DNA from: an uncultured cyanobacterium
GTDB taxonomy: Bacteria; Cyanobacteriota; Cyanobacteriia; Cyanobacteriales; CAWUOF01
Direction of reading: 5' to 3'
Assembly: GCA_963744145.1 (NCBI GenBank)
Contig: CAVUSO010000001.1
Span: 5,984,001-6,048,000, forward strand
DNA: 64,000 nucleotides
Shown one piece after another: positions 62,662 to 64,000 of the stretch. The translations under genes were made by a program, and so were the position numbers. The notes below the pieces were generated by a model. The model worked only from the letters and a program-made list of their open reading frames with translations. It had not been told where the DNA came from and ran no database searches. The first letter of the stretch is position 1. Each line of letters begins with the position of its first letter.

Positions 62662-64000
62662 ATGTCTAATTTATGGATCGGATACGCGGAAGCAATTAAT
62701 CTGCACCAACAAGGAAAATTTGCAGCAGCAGAACAGAAATATCAACAGGTTTTAGCTCAAGAGCAAAATAACTCTTATATTTGGCATAATCTTGGTACTC
62801 TTTATTATGAAATGAAGCAATATGAAAAAGCATTAAATATTTTGACCCACTGTTTACAGTTAAACAAGTCCCAATATCTCTCCTATTATACTTTGGGATT
62901 AATTCTAGAAAAAACTAATCAGCTCCATGCTGCAATTTCTGCTTATCAGCAAACGATCGCACTTCATCCCCAGTTTATTTCCGCTTATACTAATTTGGGT
63001 AGAATCTTCACAGATGTGGGTAATCTGGATGAAGCGATCGGCTGTTATCAAAAAGCATTAGGTTTAAAAAATAATGACCCGGATCTCCTCTATGGTTTAG
63101 GAAATGCGTTTGCTCAGAAAGGGAAAGATTATGAAATTCAAGCATCTTTTTATCTGGGATTTTCCTTCTACCGAAAAGGTAAATATAAACTAGCGATTCA
63201 GCAATATCAAAAATTTTTAGCAATTTCCGACAAAAAACTCCATATTAGTAATATCAAAAGAGTTTATATATTTTTACTGAAATGTTTTCAGGAATTAAAT
63301 CAAGCAGAAGGACAAATCGAAGTTTATCAAAAATTAAAAACTTTGTCTGAGCAGGAAGGAGAATTAACCTGGATCTATGAAGAATTAATGGTAAATTTAC
63401 ATAGGTGTGGACGTACTACAGAAGCGATCGCAATTGCGACTGAAGCAGCACAATTATTTCCCAATCAATTATTTTTTAAACGTCAAAAGCATCTCTTAGT
63501 ACCAATTATCTATGATAGTCCTGAAGAAATTTGTTATTACCGACATCGTTTTACCAGAGGATTAGCAAATTTAATTGCAGAAATACCCATCACCTCTAAG
63601 GACTTGAAGATATTGGAAGCGATCGGAATCTGCACCAACTTTTATTTGCAATATCAAGGTAGAAATGATCGGGATTTGCAAATGCAGTATGGTCAATTTA
63701 TCCATAGAATTATGACTGCAAATTATCCAGAATTTACCCAAATTTTACCGATACCTCCTTGGACAGAAGATGGAAGAATTAGAGTTGGGTATATTTCTGC
63801 TTATATGAAAATTCATTCCGTTGCTAAAACATCTTTGGGCTGGATTAAATATTGCGATCGCCAGAAATTTCAAGTATATTGCTATCATCTCGGTCAAAAT
63901 TATGATGGAGTTACTGCTCAGTTCCAAGCTCACAGTGATATATTTCGACATTTACCTCATGGTGGGGACTTAAATCCAACTTTTATCCAAAATGTTGGTA
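62662..64000 (+). CDS. TPR-repeat GT41-family glycosyltransferase, partial (runs off the window)
   Basis: Open frame from ATG 62662 (SD GGAGAG) to the window end; TPR repeats (WHNLG, AYTNLG), TNFYLQYQG, RIRVGYIS..HSV; absent from the ORF track, presumably because no stop falls in the window. Confidence 0.85.
   Translation, partial: MSNLWIGYAEAINLHQQGKFAAAEQKYQQVLAQEQNNSYIWHNLGTLYYEMKQYEKALNILTHCLQLNKSQYLSYYTLGLILEKTNQLHAAISAYQQTIALHPQFISAYTNLGRIFTDVGNLDEAIGCYQKALGLKNNDPDLLYGLGNAFAQKGKDYEIQASFYLGFSFYRKGKYKLAIQQYQKFLAISDKKLHISNIKRVYIFLLKCFQELNQAEGQIEVYQKLKTLSEQEGELTWIYEELMVNLHRCGRTTEAIAIATEAAQLFPNQLFFKRQKHLLVPIIYDSPEEICYYRHRFTRGLANLIAEIPITSKDLKILEAIGICTNFYLQYQGRNDRDLQMQYGQFIHRIMTANYPEFTQILPIPPWTEDGRIRVGYISAYMKIHSVAKTSLGWIKYCDRQKFQVYCYHLGQNYDGVTAQFQAHSDIFRHLPHGGDLNPTFIQNVG

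Overview
Cyanobacterial chromosome segment (HIP1 octamer GCGATCGC throughout; rbcL-rbcX-rbcS). 0.1-10.8 kb is a stack of mobile elements. A 35-bp inverted-repeat-bounded unit carries xisH-xisI and has been invaded by an IS1634. An M48 peptidase gene is cut into three pieces by an IS5-type element and an IS605 element (tnpA plus frameshifted tnpB), and an IS4 element sits exactly in the IS605 right-end hairpin. 17.4-29.3 kb is a biosynthetic cluster I cannot assign to a known pathway, apparently for guanidino-acid chemistry: amidinotransferase, acyltransferase-3, EctD-like dioxygenase, KAS-III-like enzyme with an altered triad, ACP, AMP-ligase, flavin amino-acid oxidase, 2-hydroxyacid dehydrogenase, DMT exporter and a 2-ketoarginine-methyltransferase-like enzyme. 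Upstream of panB lies a candidate ~440-nt structured ncRNA behind a 67-aa gene. A 6.9-kb emrAB / histidine kinase / REC-TrxB block is bracketed by a ~60-bp direct repeat. The rest is mostly housekeeping or signalling genes (gnd, carotenoid oxygenase, ftsI, kinases, crtD, GT41 proteins) with many small palindromic repeats. All calls come from reading motifs; no database search or folding program was run.
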